Below, piece after piece: positions 1-12,633 of a DNA stretch of 64,000 bases. Numbering within the stretch: the stretch's first letter is position 1; each line of letters starts with the position of its first letter. Made by a program: the position numbers and the translations under genes. The DNA comes from Podarcis vaucheri (Eukaryota): NCBI GenBank assembly GCA_965113315.1, contig OZ220363.1; one strand, 5' to 3'. Below the pieces are notes generated by a model. That model worked only from the letters and a program-made list of their open reading frames with translations, did not search any database and was not told the DNA's origin.

Positions 1-123
1 CCTTCTTCATACAGCTGAGAGCACACTTCATCCAGCAGTTTGTCGTAATTGCCAACTTCCGCCTTCACTTTGTCCTGTAACATGACTTTGGCTCTTTTCA
101 CCAGCTCTGCTACCAGAGTTGCC
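1..123 (-). CDS. CDAN1: Codanin-1 exon 20 (truncated by the window edge)
   Basis: ATLVAELVKRAKVMLQDKVKAEVGNYDKLLDEVCSQLYEE; AG acceptor at 124-125, phase 2. Confidence 0.9.
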
Positions 124-513
124 CTGCAAAAGCCAATAGTAATAGCACAATAATTAAAAGACAACCAAAATATATCCTGAGAAATTACAGGTTCAGAATT
201 TACATCCTGAATCAGGTTTGCGGGAAAGCCTTCTATTAATGGTTTGGTGGATACTATGGTTTAACATGCGTCTGCCGTGAATCTAGGTGCATGAGAGGGA
301 GACACTCTTAAGCTTCTCACTGCCAATCGAAAAAAACAGGATTTGTTGACCTAGAAACATAATGGTGTGTGTGCCAATCTTAACATTTTTCTATTGTTTA
401 TTACTGTAGGTCATGGCATAACTTTATATAAAATATAAGTGAGAATATGTGGATAAAGCTACAATATAAGCAGGCAGCAATCACACATGCACAACCTGAT
501 TAAAAGAGCCTAA

Positions 514-516
<3 letters not shown>

Positions 517-562
<46 letters not shown>
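517..562. repeat. (GT)23 microsatellite
   Basis: Direct read. Confidence 0.97.
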
Positions 563-565
<3 letters not shown>

Positions 566-857
566 ATTTGCCACAGAACTCACACTAAAAGTGAATTAAG
601 AAGGGGAAGCATTCCAAAACAGACAACACATGAGAACAAACCCAAAGGAGCTTAAAAGCAATGTATTGGAGATTTAAAAGAGTAGGAAAATAAAAGGGTC
701 TTTGTCAGGCACCAAAATGACTTGCAGATGACTTGCAGAGCTTCTGTAATGAGGTGAGCACAAAGAAGGCTTAGCACTTACATTTAATAATAAAACCAGT
801 TGATGATCTCTCTCAATATTTCTCACATTTCACAATTCACCATTGCCATTTGCTCTA

Positions 858-1189
858 CAGTGGTGCCTCGCAAGACGAAATTAATCCGTTCCGCGAGTCT
901 CTTCGTCTAGCGGATTTTTCGTCTAACGAAGCAACCCTATTAGTGGATTAGCGCTATTAGCGGTTTAGCGGCTATTAAAGGCTTAGCGGATTAGCGGCTA
1001 AAAGGCTATTAGCAGCTTAGAAAAAGGGGGGGGGGAAGCAAAAAAAAATCGGAACACTCGCAAGACGTTTTCGTCTTGCAAAGCAAGCCCATAGGGAAAA
1101 TCGTCTTGCGAAGCAGCTCAAAAACGGAAAACCCTTTCGTCTAGCGGGTTTTCCGTCTTGCGAGGCATTCGTCTTGCGGGGCACCACTG
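858..1189. mobile_element. Tc1/mariner-pogo-type MITE (TIR CAGTGGTGCC(T/C)CGCAAGACGAA, TA TSD)
   Basis: Terminal inverted repeats with flanking TA; a related copy at 45904-46222 is in the opposite orientation. Confidence 0.88.
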
Positions 1190-1391
1190 TACTGACAAAT
1201 TTCACAACAACAATATAAGGGATGCACAAGACTAAGAGCTGTATCAGTAAAACCCACAGGCATGTCCTTGCATCATTTAAAAGCTGCCTGCTTATATGAT
1301 TAATACAAGGGGGAAAGATCTTTCGACGTAAATTCTCCCCACCAAACCATTTATGAAGTCCAGCAGGTTACAGGTGCCTTTCCTGCCCTTA

Positions 1392-1499
<108 letters not shown>

Positions 1500-2306
1500 T
1501 TAAAAACAGGAAGACCAAGAATCCTAAGGAAACCAAAGCATTCTACATGAAGCATTGTCCCCCCCCCCCAACACGAGCCATTCCTAAAGTATATCTGAAT
1601 GCTTTGATTGTTTATTCTATTTGATTGGCATTTTTTAAATGTAAGGGTGGTATCCAACTAAATTTTATTCAGGGCAGACCCACTGAAATGAGTGGGCATA
1701 ATCAAGTCAATCAATTTCAATGGGTCAGCTCTGAGTAAAAGTTAGTTGAATGCCACTACCCTTGAAACAAAACATTAAAAAAAATGCCTTCCAAATAATG
1801 TCCCATAAATGGGGAGCAAGGAACCAGAGACAAATATAAAAAGGAGCATGTTGAATTGTCAATCGACTGGCCTGCCCTCAAAATAAAGACTTTTTAATGA
1901 TTGCGTATTATTTATTTCATGAAATTTATATACCACTCGATTGTAACAAACAAACAAACAAACCCACCAAAGCAGTTTCTTTAGCATTTCATAAGCTTGG
2001 CAGCAAATTCAGGTTTTTCCTAACTCTGTTCCCTAATTCCCTTTCCCATTTCTTTATTTAGCTGGGGGTCAATTACCTCTTGCATGCTTGCAATTCACAC
2101 AAAATTAGTGGCATAGGGTACATGTCTACTTCTTGCACAGCTCCACTAAAAAAATATCAAAGTGCAAGTTCAGAAATTCCTCCCTGAAAAATCCAGCCTT
2201 CCCCAGCTGCCTCACAGATCTTGCTGGACTCCAGCTCTAATCATCCCAAGCCAACATGACCAATGGTCAAGGATGATGGGAGTGGCAGTCCCAAGACACC
2301 TCTCAC

Positions 2307-2440
2307 CTGAAGCTTCTGCTGTGTGATGGGAGGCTTTGGAACCAAGGTCTCAGCAGCAGTCGGAGTTATTTTCCTTACATAACCACCATTCTTTCCTCCG
2401 CTTCCCAACACAAAAGACGACAGCAGTTTCCTCAATTCAC
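2307..2440 (-). CDS. CDAN1: Codanin-1 exon 18
   Basis: GELRKLLSSFVLGSGGKNGGYVRKITPT...QQKLQ; 134 nt, phase 1-0. Confidence 0.94.
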
Positions 2441-2989
2441 CTAGAGCAGAAGGATACGCGGATTATAAGACGGCACACGTAGATATCTGAACACTCTGGT
2501 TTTTAAAATTCAATCTGATTGACAATTTTAAAATTTAGGGGTGGCATCCAACTAACTTTTATTCAGGTCAGACACAATGAAATGAGTGAAATATAATTAA
2601 ATCCAGGAACAGTTGGAGACAGAAAATTGCAGAGACGTGTATGAGACTGAACACTGGAGGAAAAAGCAGTCATGATCCCAACCACACTTGAGTAGGAGCT
2701 CAGAATCATAAGCAGTTCAGGTTGTTATTCACGGTGAATGGAAAAGCAAGGACAAGTCACCAAATAGTATTTCCACAGGTCACAACCCCCTAATCTGTGG
2801 GCCCAGTTTAAGTGCCATGCTGAAACACACAAAAAACCTTTTAACAGATAATTGTAACTCAGTTTTGGAGTAGGAAGCTCAATGTTTTATCCCTAGATGC
2901 TCTTTCCAGTGCCAGGCAAAGGAGAGACTCCAGATTTCTCAAGCAGCATATTGTTTCTGACACAGGACATAATTTGATAAATGACTTAC

Positions 2990-3044
2990 CAAGATATGGA
3001 CAGCAGGTATAAAGTAACTGCTGATCCACCACAGGCACAGAATC
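2990..3044 (-). CDS. CDAN1: Codanin-1 exon 17
   Basis: DSVPVVDQQLLYTCCPYL; 55 nt, phase 0-1. Confidence 0.93.
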
Positions 3045-3225
3045 CTAAGGGGAAAAGAACAAACAACAGATTGATTCCTTTCAGAAGCATTAGATAAGTG
3101 CATAGAAGCCCACAGACTTCTCTTTATTCTTCAGGTCACTCTTAGGCTTCGCGTGTCTTAAACAAATAACATGACAGTTGGTCTCTTTCAAACACACCCG
3201 CCGACACTCATCGACGTAAGTTTAC

Positions 3226-3315
3226 CAGAGCTTGAACTGTTGCTGCAGAGTCTGTTGCCAGTTCTTCTGATCTCACTTCGCCCGCAAAGAACAGATTCCC
3301 CGGGACAGTAGGCAC
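3226..3315 (-). CDS. CDAN1: Codanin-1 exon 16
   Basis: VPTVPGNLFFAGEVRSEELATDSAATVQAL; 90 nt, phase 0-0. Confidence 0.9.
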
Positions 3316-3528
3316 CTGGAATACAAGCCCCAAATAGTTAATCCTCCAAGGAGGGCAGAGCTAAGCGAAAATTCAGCTTCACATACAGGAGTGGATGAAT
3401 GGTTACATGGATGAAACGCTTAAAAGGCTTAAGGAAAGTACAGTAAGGAAAGTTTTACTTGACAATTTCTACAGCACTTGTGACATTTTTTCAAAGGTAC
3501 AATGTTTGTTACAAACACTCATCCGTAC

Positions 3529-3610
3529 ATGAAAAAGCCATCCCAAAATGGCAAGGATCAGCAGCTTGTTCAGGAAACACATCTCTTTATTTTCAGAAAT
3601 CAGCAGGTAT
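3529..3610 (-). CDS. CDAN1: Codanin-1 exon 15
   Basis: YLLISENKEMCFLNKLLILAILGWLFH; 82 nt, phase 2-0. Confidence 0.92.
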
Positions 3611-4377
3611 CTGTAACAAAAGGTTAGAGAATAGAGAGCAATAAACTTCGAAAGTTTTATCAGTTATACCACCTCTGCATTTCCCCTTTTTGCAAGTTTC
3701 TTTTGCTATGCTTTCTCATTTTTCTTGCATATTAAAACTCTGGCCCCAGCAGCAAACCCGTAAACAAGACATGTGCAAGCTACTACATTATTCCTATTTC
3801 CCTCCATTATTCATGAAGCCAGGGAGCAACATACAACAAACCTTGGCTTACCGTGATATGTGAACCAATGTATGTGGTTTGCTTCTCTCAGGGTAAGAGC
3901 CATGACTCATGGTTTGTTGCTCCTGGCTCCATGAACAAAGGAACAAAATGGGAGCAATTCAGAAGAATGCACTAGCATGCTGCTCGTTCACGGTAAGCTA
4001 TGGTTTATGGTTAACTGTACAACACAACTACCATTTGAAATGCACTACTGGAAAAAATTGACTTTCAGCTTCTTCATTTGTTTCTGCAAATATCGAGATG
4101 TAATGGAAGGATGTGAACATTTGCAGCTGGAGGAATATGATATATTTCAAGTCATCAGCGGAGCGTTCCTATACCGTGGTAATTATATATTTAACTGTGC
4201 TATAAATTTCTTGGTATATACTGTAAAAGAAAGCTTTAAGTCGTTTCCATAGACCCAGAAATTGTTAATGAGTACAATAAAAGCTTTACTAAGAAGCCAA
4301 TGTCCTACCCTCACAATAATTTAGATCCTTGATGCAGATCTCAATTAAGATGCAAATATTTCTTTCCAACCTCTTAC

Positions 4378-4544
4378 CTGTACAGCTGCAAGAGGAGAGA
4401 AAATATCTTCCCATAGTAGTCCAGAAATGGGGCGATATGATCCATAAGGGAAAGGAACTCTACAACCCAAGGTACAGTCAAGACCGTGCAGCGTTTCTGT
4501 ATTGATTGCCTAAGCAGCTTCAATATATCCAGCACAGGATGGGT
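4378..4544 (-). CDS. CDAN1: Codanin-1 exon 14
   Basis: THPVLDILKLL...VLTVPWVVEFLSLMD...LLLQLYR; 167 nt, phase 0-2. Confidence 0.94.
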
Positions 4545-5891
4545 CTTAAGGGAAAACATTAGGAAAATGTTAACTTTAATTCCTCTTCAGCACACATTAC
4601 TTACTATCATGGGCAACCACCAGAGTGTTTGATGATGAAACACCAAAAGTAGGAAAGGGAAATAAACATATCCAACTCCTCTTTCATTTTTCCCCCTTTA
4701 TTGGGTTCTCTTTCCTTCACTACTAAGAGGAAAACTCTTTCCTTGGCTAATTTGTGTGAACAGAACACTCTCCTCTTGCAGAGATGGAGGTAAGCCATAA
4801 GCACACAAGCACCTGGGCTTATTATTCAGGTCTTGTTGCATCTTCCTTTGTATACTTTTTAATTTGGCAAAGAAAGTGGGGTGTTTTTAGCTAACATCAC
4901 TCAGAGCAGCTAGTTAAGTCCCGAGCTCAAAAAAACAGTTTTTGTGGGGAAGTGGGGCAGGGGAGACAGAAGGACACAAGGGTGCAATCAGTTTCACATA
5001 TCAAGGAAAGGTATCAGAGCAGTGTCTTAGAGAGACCCAATATATTTTGGCACATGAAGCCTATTCAAATCCAGCAATCTTAAGTCACTCATCTGGCTAA
5101 AGTGTATTTCAAATGGTTGTACCCTGCCCTATGACCCTGGAGCGAAAGGCAGGTAATAAATTGAAATAATAGTAACCACCCCTCGCGCTTTCCACATTCA
5201 GCCGGCACACTGACAAACCACACAGCACAATCTGATGTCAAGAGAGCCAGTGCAGTTTAGCAACAAGAGTGCTGGACTTTGACGTGAGCGGGTGGGGAGG
5301 CATGAATCTAGTAAACAATATAACTGCAAATAATGTTCCATGGAGACTATTCCAGAGGAGTAGTTTGTACAATGTACTGAATTAGTTATTGACATTATGG
5401 GTTACTTGTTTGGAGCATCCCTGTATCAGAGGTTTACATCAAGAAGGACGCTTTCTGCAAACGTGCAAGCTTCTGATGCAACTGTGTTCACCAATAAATG
5501 AAACACTTCCCCTTCCTTCCATATCAAGAGTGTCATTAATTCATATGGCTGTACCGCATGAGTAACTCAATCTGCCCTCAGTTTATAGCAGCAACACAAG
5601 CAGCATCATTGAAACAATAATAGCACACAGCAGGGGGAACCTGCAGCCCTCTAGATGTTATCAGCATCCTCTCAGCCTCATGGGAGCTGTGGCTCCCCAA
5701 CAACATCTGCAGGACCACAGGACCCCATCCATCCCCATACTGGAGGTTGCTTAACTAGGAAAGGAGTTTTAACAGCAAGTATCTACCACCTCAGGAGGTG
5801 CCCAGAGGCTCCTCTAATGAAATGCCTGCACATCTCTCTGATAATAACAAAATTAAATACTTCTATTAGGTAAATGTGGCTGGTTACGCAC

Positions 5892-6035
5892 TTGGTTTCT
5901 TAACATCACTGCAGATTCTAGCAAGTCTCCAGTTGCTGGTTCCGATGTGTGATAAGGCAGGAAGACAAGGAAACCAAAAAACTTTGCCAGGAGTCGGAGG
6001 CTCATAAGGACAGCAGCAAAACGCTTCTTTTCATC
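5892..6035 (-). CDS. CDAN1: Codanin-1 exon 13
   Basis: [28 protein letters not shown]...LRNQ; 144 nt, phase 0-0. Confidence 0.93.
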
Positions 6036-6154
6036 CTGCAGTGAAAAGAAAGGCCAGACATATTATAGTCACAGATAACAGCAGCAATGCCTAACATTTT
6101 GAATGCTCACAACAAACCTATAAGTTAAGTCTTATGTTCCCACTTTGGTGGGTC

Positions 6155-6188
<34 letters not shown>

Positions 6189-6764
6189 TTTTTTTACTTT
6201 GTGGGGTGTGCAGCACGGACAGGACTATCCAAATCAGAGACAAATCAGCATGGTGGTATCAGTCGCAGGTCTACCTAGGACAACTGGGGCTCATCAGAGA
6301 ATGCTACTGTCTTCTATATACTTGCACTGTATTGGAGAAGGAGTGGGATGGGGCTTACACTGCAGCTACCACCCAGGCTTTCTACTGTTGCTCCACCACT
6401 TGGACGGGGGGCAGGTGGTTTTGGAGGAGCAATGATGGAGGAGTTGAGGCAGGGGGGACATCGCAGGAGAGAAAGGCCATTTGAAGGACAGACACCTCTT
6501 TTCAGAGAGGACAATGCACGACAGAAGGGAGGAGCAACGAAAAGAGGAATAAAGGAGACCCACACTAGAACAGCAAGATATTATTAAAGACAAATAGACA
6601 AAGAAAGACAAACAAGCCTGAACTGGAAGACACACACAGGGTGTGAAGTGAGTAGCACTCCCAATGAATGCCAAATTCTTCCTTCCAAGCAGTAGGAGAG
6701 ATCATAACCCACATGGACACCTCTGAAGCTCTACTGTGAATGGCTGTTTCCATGCAATACACAC

Positions 6765-6876
6765 CTGCTCATCCATTGCTTCTCCATCGCTGGGTTCATG
6801 TTCCACCAAGGCAAGGCCATCCAGCTCAAGTATTTGCAGGCTCAGGCTGTCCATAAGGTGCTGATTAAATTGATAA
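6765..6876 (-). CDS. CDAN1: Codanin-1 exon 12
   Basis: YQFNQHLMDSLSLQILELDGLALVEHEPSDGEAMDEQ; 112 nt, phase 2-0. Confidence 0.92.
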
Positions 6877-7481
6877 CTTAACCAAAAAAAGATAATGAGC
6901 TCTTTTGGAGAACAACTTAATTTCAGCAAAGAATGTAACCTCTTAAGTGACCACAGCAGCATTTGAGAATGCAAGTTTAAAATCAGATTAATTCCTACCA
7001 AACCCCTCACGTGCTGTTAGTCAGCACTGCTGCAAACACTGCCAAACACTCCCTGGTAAAGCCCACTTAATGTCATTCTAGCACCAGGCAAAGACCTTAT
7101 TCTTTTCCAAAGCCTTTTCATCTAAACCGTTTACTTTCTGCAATGATCTCATGCTCATCTGTTTAGGTTATGGATCCAGCTACTAAACAATGTATGCTTT
7201 ACTGTGAACGTGCTGATTTCAACTGCTTTGTCCCTACTTGCTAACACATAGGAGAAACACAATCCCTGGCTTAACATGATGTCCAGACATGGTTTGGTTC
7301 GCTCCAAAGAAACCAAGAACACAAAATCAAGATTAGTATGGTTATCACAAACTAACCATGGTTTACTGTGACACTGAACAAGGCCATTGCATTAGTTCAT
7401 TTAGGAAACCCAGCCACCACCATACAGTCGGGGTCACTCACCCAGACACATCCTAGATAGAAATAGCAATAAGTATCTAAC

Positions 7482-7690
7482 CTTCCTGCACTGAGGATGA
7501 AGTCCCTGAAGAACTGCTGGCATCCAGGGAAGGAGGGAGGTGGGCAAGGCCCTCGGATGCTCTGAGGGACAAGGAATCTCTCTTGCAGCCTTTTCAAGCG
7601 GCTCAGATTATCGGAACCCAGCATGTTAAGGACATCCTGGTCTGGGGTGTCTCCCCAACTTGTACCACCACCAACTGGACCTTTACACAT
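7482..7690 (-). CDS. CDAN1: Codanin-1 exon 11
   Basis: MCKGPVGGG...[16 protein letters not shown]...[16 protein letters not shown]; 209 nt, phase 0-2. Confidence 0.94.
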
Positions 7691-7967
7691 CTATGGCATA
7701 GAGGAGGGAGCAGGGAGAAAAGAGAGGTCAAATTTGTGAATGTGCCAACTTTTAACTCTGTAATCTGTTTATGAATACAAGCAGTCTCTACAGCCCAAAC
7801 CATAAACTGTTAGGTGCACGAACCTCAGACTAACTGAGGAAATTAGATTATGAATTAATTATGCATTCAATGAATAAGTATTTTCACCTATTAGATATGA
7901 ACTGAAGAAAAGTTTTACTTGCAAAATATACTCTTTTTTTCTTTATGGGAAGCGAGCGTTTCTTTAC

Positions 7968-8043
7968 CTGAAGAAGCTGCTTCTGAAAGAGCCTGGCAAA
8001 ATGGCTGTAGTTGCAAGCAGCAGAGAGGTGAGCCATCATGACC
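7968..8043 (-). CDS. CDAN1: Codanin-1 exon 10
   Basis: VMMAHLSAACNYSHFARLFQKQLLQ; 76 nt, phase 2-0. Confidence 0.93.
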
Positions 8044-8750
8044 CTGTGAAACCAGAAACAAATTAACAGTGCTACAAAGAAAAATAAGGAAAATATTACT
8101 CTCTATGCAGATATATAGAAGACAGCAAATGTCTGGGGGACTTTAATGTTTTAAAAATAATTATGAAAATACTATTCTGAAAAAGTTCTATGTGAACTGA
8201 GAATTCTCCCCTTTGTGAAACTAAGTAGCTTACTGTAGAATTAGTTTTTGTTGTAAATTGGGTTGCAAAATGTTCATTACCAGTACTGCTCTCTTGTAAC
8301 TCTTGTCTTTCAGAATTAAATGCAACCTGTGTGTTGGCACTCAAAGGGGGGGGGGGAAGAGTGGTAATTAAATTACAGTCTTTGAGACCCCATTATATCA
8401 AAACAAATAAATTAATTTCTTAGTGTAACAACTAAAAAAATATTAAACTGAGGTTTTCTTTTGCCCAAAGTAATGACCGCAAATTTATTCGGTAACAGTG
8501 GTGACATGGTCTTAGGACCAAATGCAAGTCAGTTTTGCAATGTGTCCCAGCGTACCACTGGATCTAATCCATAATACTGAACCAAGTATACCACCAGAGG
8601 CAATTTCCAGCTGCTGCAAACTGCACTTTAAAAACAATCCTCCCGATGGAACGTGGTGAACAGCTGCTCAGTGGAGGACCACACTAGACATCAGCAACGA
8701 GCAGCACTCTTTATCAAGTCTTGTTAAATTTACGGAGCAAAGATTCCGAC

Positions 8751-8840
8751 CTGATCCTGTCTCCCAGACACTTCTCAAAGTCCCAGCCTGTTTTTTCACA
8801 GTTGTCTTCCCATTCACGCAGCAACTCGTAGAAAATATCT
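8751..8840 (-). CDS. CDAN1: Codanin-1 exon 9
   Basis: [30 protein letters not shown]; 90 nt, phase 2-2. Confidence 0.93.
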
Positions 8841-9419
8841 CTATTGAGCAAGGCAAACAAGTTAGCTTCAAAATCCAAAGTCATAGTCATCAGATGTGCT
8901 ATCAGCAAACAAAAATGGGGCCATGATATTCTGCTTATGCGCAAGCACCACAGTTCTGACAAAGCTTTGGGTGGAATTCAATGTTGCATTAAGTTGACTG
9001 TTCTGTCAGCACAAGCATTTTTGCTTGTCAAACAGAACCATCTTCCCTCTCCTGCTCCTGCCTGCTGTTCTGGGGTCCCTCCCAAGCTGACTTAGGAAGG
9101 TCACTTGGGGGAGGGTGAGAGAGGGGGGGCAGGAAAGGATCCTTTGTGCAACCAGGACTGGCTTCTGCTAGCAGAACAAATTAGTTGAATCTGTCCCTTT
9201 GACCATTCCTACAAGACGCATTTTCATTCCAAAGCCAACAATTGACAAATATCCCCCTAGTTAAAGAATAGTTCAAGAATAACGACCAAAGAACCTAGCA
9301 AGCACACCTACAGCTGAACCCTAGATATGTCTACTCAGAAGTAAGTCCCACTGAGTTCACTGAGGCTTAATCCCAGGCAAGTGGTTTTCGGCTTGCAGCC
9401 TTAAACTGCTATCTTAAAG

Positions 9420-9473
9420 GAAGAAGAAGAAGAAGAAGAAGAAGAAGAAGAAGAAGAAGAAGAAGAAGAAGAA

Positions 9474-9504
<31 letters not shown>

Positions 9505-9736
9505 TTGGATTTGATATCCCGCTTTATCACTACCCGAAGGAGTCTCAAAGCAGCTAACAATCTCCTTTCCCTTCCTCCCCCACAACAAACGCTCTGTGAG
9601 GTGAGTGGGGCTGAGAGACTTCAAAGAAGTGTGACTGGCCCAAGGTCACCCAGCAGCTGCATGTGGAGGAGCGGAGACGCGAACCCGGTTACCCAGATTA
9701 CAAGTCTACCGCTCTTAACCATTACACCACACTGGC
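9420..9736 (-). mobile_element. tRNA-derived squamate SINE (Squam3-like) with (ACT)n(CTT)n tail
   Basis: Minus strand starts GCCAGTGTGGTGTAATGGTTAAGAGCG (A box)...GGTTCG (B box), then GGGTGACCTTGGGCCAGTCAC core; microsatellite tail 9420-9503. Confidence 0.82.
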
Positions 9737-10377
9737 ACAAATAGAAAGTAGAAAACTCCATTTAAATAAATTCAAACAACACATTATATGGAAAGTACTT
9801 TAAACAGAAGGTGGGCATAGGGAGAGCAGAGGAGGCCATATCTTCTACTACTTTTGACCTGAGAAAGCCAGATGAGTTTGCTCCAGCTGCAGGGAACCCG
9901 TCTTGCTAATTTCTGCATTTCTGAACTACATTAATCAGCCTTGCATTTAACAATGTCCCAGGAATCCCATACAGGTGGGTAAGCTGGCCAACTTCCTCCA
10001 CAGCTAGCGTGGAAGCCAAGTGGGCTAGACAGAGTACTCCAGATATTGTTCACTTGGTAGAAGGTGCATTTATTATTTTTTATTACTCTGTTTTTCTACG
10101 CCACTAGCTTCTTAGCAGGCTAGTAAGAAATTCTGCCAATGAATGTGTTTTGTGGGCTTATTCAAAAGGCTGACATTAACATCCAGACACTTGTTCCTGG
10201 TTTCATAAAACATACTTTATGAAGCTTGGGAGGAAATGTCCAAACCAGGCCTGTGGGTTTGGATAACTGATATAGAGTCTTGATAGCTACTCTATTCTCT
10301 GATGCATGTTCAATAAACTAAAACAACTGACAAATTGTACATTTTGACAAAATCCCATGATAAAAAACAGAGGATAC

Positions 10378-10487
10378 CTTTGTTTCTTAAACACATGAAA
10401 TGCCTTATCACTGGAAAAGTTAGACCGGTTGTCAGTTTCTGGCTGAAAGGAAACTGACTGTATGCTTGAAGGCAGCAACAGGGAGAC
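10378..10487 (-). CDS. CDAN1: Codanin-1 exon 8
   Basis: [37 protein letters not shown]; 110 nt, phase 0-2. Confidence 0.94.
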
Positions 10488-10952
10488 CTGTTCAATACAA
10501 AATAATGTTTAAGTGTAATACATTCCTCCTAATTTAACATACTTCTTTTCCATAAACACAAACAAGGAGGTTGGAATTACAATTTGTTCTCCCTTCTGTC
10601 CATTGCTGCAGCTTAAAAGTCCCATGATCTTAATGGTGTAACACGTACTAACTTGCCGGTTTGCAATAGATCAACATTTTCTAACCCACCAAATGCAAGT
10701 CAATCTCATTATCTCACTCTGTTTTTTGTTTTGGTCACAGTGCTAGATATAGTATTTTCACTCCTCATTTAATTAGAGCTGCAGAGGAAGCTTCTACATA
10801 GTATATACCAAGAAAACTAATCTGTTTCTAGAAGAGGATGGAATACTGCAGATACCATAATAGTGAGGAGGACACTGAGTAAAAACAGTTTCAATAACTG
10901 TTGGGAGAACCTTGATTTCATACTGTTCTTCTAGAACATGCTTAGTTTTTAC

Positions 10953-11073
10953 CTTTGCTGTGCTGTTTTCATAGACTGCCATAAGCCTCTCATGCAAGTC
11001 AGGGGAAAAGGATGTGATCCTGTCATTCTCAGCTAAGAGCTTCAGTGTTCCTTTCTCTAAATGTGATATAATT
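10953..11073 (-). CDS. CDAN1: Codanin-1 exon 7
   Basis: [40 protein letters not shown]; 121 nt, phase 2-0. Confidence 0.92.
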
Positions 11074-11493
11074 CTGCCAAGAAAAACAACAAAAAGAGGA
11101 AGAACACTCCACTATAGTATTTAGATTTGATCTTTCAGTTAAAGCCTATTCCACCGGATTCCTAATCTCTAATCCTCATTGATAAAAGCCAACATATATA
11201 CTAAACTCATGTCATTAGAGAAGGAAGTTCTCAGATTTCTTTTAGTTTTGATGACACTAGAAGCAAAAACACCATCTCCAAACACAACAGATAAAACCCT
11301 TCTACAGAAGTAGGGCAGCTGTTCAACTGGAACTGTCAATTAATAGATGACAGAACCCAAATTTTCAAACTTAAGGATATGTTAACAGTGCAATGTGATG
11401 CAAGATATTCCAACTTATGATAGCAATAAGCCAAGCACTTCAAAGTGCAAGTATATGTACACTGATGAGAACAACCTAAGCCATTCAACTTAC

Positions 11494-11572
11494 TGAAACT
11501 GATAATCCAAGACTTTCACAGCAAAATAAACACAGTTGTGTACACTTCGAAAGTGTTGCCTCTCTACTGCAT
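11494..11572 (-). CDS. CDAN1: Codanin-1 exon 6
   Basis: DAVERQHFRSVHNCVYFAVKVLDYQF; 79 nt, phase 1-2, GTAAGT donor. Confidence 0.9.
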
Positions 11573-12467
11573 CTGTAAACAAAACAAAACAAAAATGTCA
11601 GACAGAAAGCTGCAAGTAATCCCTGTGGTGGAAGAACTGGTTCTCTGCAATAACTCCCCCCCCCCCAAAAAAAAAGAAAACCACCACAGGCAGATCAGCG
11701 ACTGGTCACCAACAGATCACAAAATCCCTACCTTTATTACTTCTCACTCATCTCAAATACCAGAAGAACGTCAAACATCAATTAGGTTGTGTCAATTTAT
11801 CAGCCTGTTTGGGGGAGCAGTATCATAAAATTAAAGACTGCCCCAAACAATAAAATGTGTCAAAAGTACATTATTCTTTATTCAAAGCTCAAGCTTAACT
11901 TGGAGTGTTTTTTCTTTGCCAGGGTGTGTGTGTGCGCGCACGTAATCCACATTTTCATGAAGACACTTACAGATTTCCACTGTCTATGCACATATCTCAA
12001 GGGAGGAGCAGCTTCTTTCTTTCTTTTTTGAAACATTGACATCAAGAATTCCTGGCAGCAGGATCAGATACTGTAGTTTTACTACATTTCTGGATGTAAA
12101 TTATCCACAGACCCTGCAGTTTTACAGAGTAACCTGGGGGGGGGTAGTGCCACTTAAGTGCACAATCATGATTGTTTATATGTTAGTTGCAGTGCGAATA
12201 TTAAGATGAGAGGGAGGAGGGGAGGGAACTGCCAACATTACATGAGTGGCAGGGTACCATATAGCATTGTATATAAATGTCTATGATTGTGTATTTTAAG
12301 ATGATATGGGAAGAGGGTTACAAAATTGTATACTTTAGAACAATGGGGCAAATTTGTTCAGTACTGGAAGCATAAGAATAAATACCAAAATATAAGGGTA
12401 AAGTAGTCCTAGACATTACAGTATGATAATGTCTTATGTGCATGTAGCCTGCATGATTTTAACCATA

Positions 12468-12633
12468 CATATATACTCGAATCTAATGCACACCTAAATT
12501 TTCAGAACCTTGAAACAAAACAAAAAAAGTATTTGCTGGCGAATGTAAATGTGCCACTGAATCTAATGCGCACCTTAATTTTCACAACATAATTTGGCCA
12601 AAAAAGGTGAGCATTAGATTCGAGTAAATATGG
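12468..12633. mobile_element. Older pogo/Tigger-like MITE (TIR ...TACTCGAATCTAATGC)
   Basis: TACTCGAATCTAATGC ... GCATTAGATTCGAGTAAATATGG-TA. Confidence 0.75.

Noticed and set aside
935-1025. CRISPR-like or telomeric repeat array
   Set aside because: Eukaryotic context with no unique spacers; the units are not TTAGGG and lie inside a MITE
9660-9736. tRNA gene
   Set aside because: The A/B boxes belong to a SINE head followed by a SINE body and simple-repeat tail; no complete cloverleaf
10369-10377. CDAN1 intron 8 donor GTATCCTCT resembling a U12 5' splice site
   Set aside because: It deviates from GTATCCTTT, and the 3' end has a U2-like GCTAAC branch site with a pyrimidine tract and no TTCCTTAAC
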